From NCBI GenBank assembly GCA_951406725.2, contig OX597827.1:21576001-21640000 (forward strand): a stretch of 64,000 bases of DNA. Direction: 5' to 3'. The DNA is from Octopus vulgaris (Eukaryota). The translations under genes and the position numbers were made by a program. Positions within the stretch are counted from its first letter, which is position 1, and every line of letters starts with the position of its first letter. The notes below the pieces were generated by a model, which made no database searches, was not told the DNA's origin, and saw nothing but the letters and a program-made list of their open reading frames with translations. This document shows positions 61,075 through 64,000 of the stretch, in pieces.

Positions 61075-62440
61075 ACATCTTCACAAATGTATATATATAT
61101 ATAGATGTATATATATATATACATGTATATATATAGATGTAAGTGTACACATGTATATGTATAGATGTATTTCTATAGATATAGATGTATTTGTGTACAT
61201 GTATATGTGTAGATGGATCCTTATGATATTTGAAAATTATATTCTATGCATAAGGGCCATAACCACCATGACAATTCATATATTTTTGCTGTTGATGAAA
61301 TTTTAACCATACATACTAGATACAAATGAAGTAATATTTATAAAATTTCATTTTCTTATAAGTTAGAAAGACCCCTTCATGGGGACTTAACACCCACAAT
61401 TAAGTCATTTTATCTAAGCAAAGATGAATACAGTTGTACTTTTGGAAGCTGTAGGGTCACCCGAGCATAAAAGATGAGCATTATTTGTAATTCAATGGTA
61501 CAACAGTGTAAGAGTTTGCTTTGAGATTACTTAGATTGTGATTTCTGATTGTCAAGTAAATGAGAGGCGTCTTTGCCTCCACTGATTCACAAGCAAAGTG
61601 TTGAATAAAGTTATTTGGTTGCACACCTCCTTTCAGTCTTTTTATTATCACTGGGTCACACATAGTCGCCAGATGGTAACATTGATTTCAAGGCCTTCCC
61701 AGATGAGTGACTGGTTATTCAAAGACATTTATAGATTGTAAATTTATTCTGTCCAGTTATGTATCAGTATAGTGGTCATTTGCAAATTCCAGAAGTGACA
61801 CTTTCATTTCTCCTTAGCCCTCACATCACACAGTTGTTAATGTTTATTTCAGTTGGGTCACGCTCTTCCAATTGCTATAGATCTGTAATGCATCTTACAG
61901 CTGTGCCTGTCACCTGTATGATGAGGAATCCTACATTGGGAGTGGTAATGACTAGGGTACTGTAGCTGACTGCTTATTGTGATCATTTGTCTTTTTGTTT
62001 CCTGTAGCTTTGCTCTCTTTTACAAACCCAGTGAACATACATATATTTCCTATTTCAAAGAAATTCAAACAAGATATAAGACCCAAGTTAAAAAGATTCT
62101 CAACAATTCAACTTCTCTGGCTGACATTAAGACACCCACCCCCAATACAGGCCTTAACTCCCACATTTTAGAGCTCCATGACCTCCATTTTTCAGGAGCA
62201 AAATCCTTTTAACAGGTGCTATAAGACTGGAATTTTGGAATCTGCGCATAAAAATCAGTAGTATGGGGTACATGTGTCATGATTAGAATTTTTTAGGATG
62301 TGTAAAGAAGGAAAGAATCCTCATCTGCAATTGTGATGAAATTCGAATTATAGGTATTCCAGTTCATTACAGAAAATATAGCAGAAAATTCTAATTCTTC
62401 AATTGCATGTAACACGGGCAACGCCAGGTATCTCTGCTAG
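60648..62440 (+). mobile_element. Non-autonomous Helitron-like element with a different internal sequence
   Basis: A|TCtatatatataaa start matching 57507 for about 260 bp; end cacgggcaacgccagg...gCTAG|T. Confidence 0.65.
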
Positions 62441-62696
62441 TGCATATATATATATATTCTCTTACTTGTTTCAGTCATTTGGCTGTGACCATGCTGGAGC
62501 ACTGCCTTTAGTCAAGCAAATTAAACCCAGGACTTATTCTTTGTAAGCCTAGTACTTATTCTATCAGTCTCTTTTGCTGAACTGCTAAGTTACAAAGACA
62601 TAGACACACCAACATCGGTTGTCAAGCGATGGTGGGGGGACAAATACTGACTCACAAATATAAACATACATACACACATATATATATATATATATA

Positions 62697-62935
62697 CTAG
62701 CATTAAAGACCCGTCGTTGCCAGGTCATAGTGCTAGTGCATGTATATATGTGTATATATATGTGTACATATTACATGTACATCTATATATATACATCTAC
62801 ACATAAAATACAAAGTTATATCTTGATATCGCTAGTGATAACAATACTCAAAATATATAACAGACTGGAATTGTTAGCCCGTCTCTTGTAATTTCGATCA
62901 ATTGTATCTTGTCCTCCCTCTTGTGTGGCTACAAT
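62697..62935 (-). mobile_element. Helitron-like 3' end, inverted copy of about 58300-58535
   Basis: CTAG terminus at 62697, subterminal hairpin gacccg..gggtc-like, near-identical to the 58300-58430 segment. Confidence 0.7.
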
Positions 62936-63298
62936 CCGACGGCTGCAGCAAAATTCACTTTTGGACTTTCTTCTATCAAAGATATTTTAACAAAAATACT
63001 TCCGTGTAAACGGTGAAAATATTGTCAATTTCCCCAAACAGGGACACAATTCAATTTTTAAACAATAACCAAAGCTCCTTCTCCCAAAGGGGGAGGGTTA
63101 CGGTTTACAATTATTTAACAAATGCAACACAACAACGCTTCCCTTACGAGGAACCAACAAACGTGATAACAATAGTTAAACAGAAATAATAATAACAACA
63201 AACCTTACGGTAAACCAAAAAGCAGTACTCTATTGAAGCAATAGGCCTTTATGGATCAGAAATAAACTAACAGCAGTACTCAGTAGAATGCTCAATGC

Positions 63299-64000
63299 TA
63301 CGAGGGGCGTTCAATAAGTAATGCCCCTGACCCACTTCCCATAGCAGTAGAGCAACAAAACTTGGCACAGTTATTAATCTTTTTCTACATAGCAACCACC
63401 CAGAGTTACGCATTTCTCCCATTGTTTGATGCAGCTCTGGAGACCGTTTTTGTAGAAGACCCCAGCTTGGTCCTCCAACCTGAATGTGACTTCAGAAATC
63501 AAGGCTGCATCATCTGGGAAACACTTTCCTTTCAAAAACAACTTCATGACTGGGAAGAGGTGAAAATCAGAGGGTGCAAGGTCAGGAAAGTAGGGGGATG
63601 GGGGAGGAGTTCATAGCCATATGCTTGTGCTTCTGATCTGGCGACAAGCGAGTTGTGGACCGGAGCGTTGTCCTGCAGGAGGAGGATGCCTTTGCTGATC
63701 TTGCCCCGCCTCTTGATTTTGATGACTTCTCTTAATTTCCTCAAAAGTGAAGCATAATAGGCTCCTGCAATTGTGGTACCCTTTGCCAGGAAATCTGTCA
63801 TCACTACTCCGTCCTGGTCCCAGAAGACTGTGAGCATGACCTTGCCAGCGGAGGGCTGCACCCTTGCCTTCTTTGGAGGGGGTGAGTCACGGTGCTTCCA
63901 CTGCATTGACTGGGCTTTGGTCTCTGGATCATCGTGATGGACCCAGGTTTCATCCTGTGTAATCAGTCTTTTGAAAAATTTTGACTCATCTTCTTGGCAC
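63299..64000 (-). mobile_element. mariner (DD34D) transposon, 3' half with TIR; runs off the window
   Basis: TA-cgaggggcgttcaataagt TIR. Minus strand: ITQDETWVHH..QSMQWKH..KVMLTVFWD..LLQDNAPVH..PHPP/PDLAPSDFHLF..YVEKD* (stop at about 63374), with one frameshift. Confidence 0.93.

Overview
AT-rich, microsatellite-laden eukaryotic DNA. The repeat landscape (tRNA-derived SINEs, RTE tails ending in (GAT)n, (TA)n/(TATG)n/(AAT)n arrays) points to a coleoid cephalopod, most likely Octopus; this is inference. The only host gene I can support is the last three coding exons of an LHPP-type HAD phosphatase on + (719-811, 5861-5952, 13491-13581), whose first visible intron uses a GC-AG donor. The rest is mostly transposon-derived: an old Gypsy LTR element carrying a nested pogo-type (DD35D, PHD-finger) DNA transposon, a fairly young CR1-group LINE with a 5' fold-back, R4/Dong-like RLE LINE ends stacked in (AAT)n, RTE LINE 3' ends, mariner copies, hAT MITEs, Helitron-like elements and many SINEs. 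The most notable signal is a set of small non-coding elements embedded in (TA)n. Several carry type I hammerhead-ribozyme cores (4110-4236 minus; 15007-15049 minus; variant cores at 39627 and 41281 plus) and/or long near-perfect fold-back palindromes (5194-5364, 14986-15099, 60075-60359). These are probably non-autonomous Penelope-like or retrozyme-type elements. Most ORFs in the supplied track are microsatellite or repeat artefacts.
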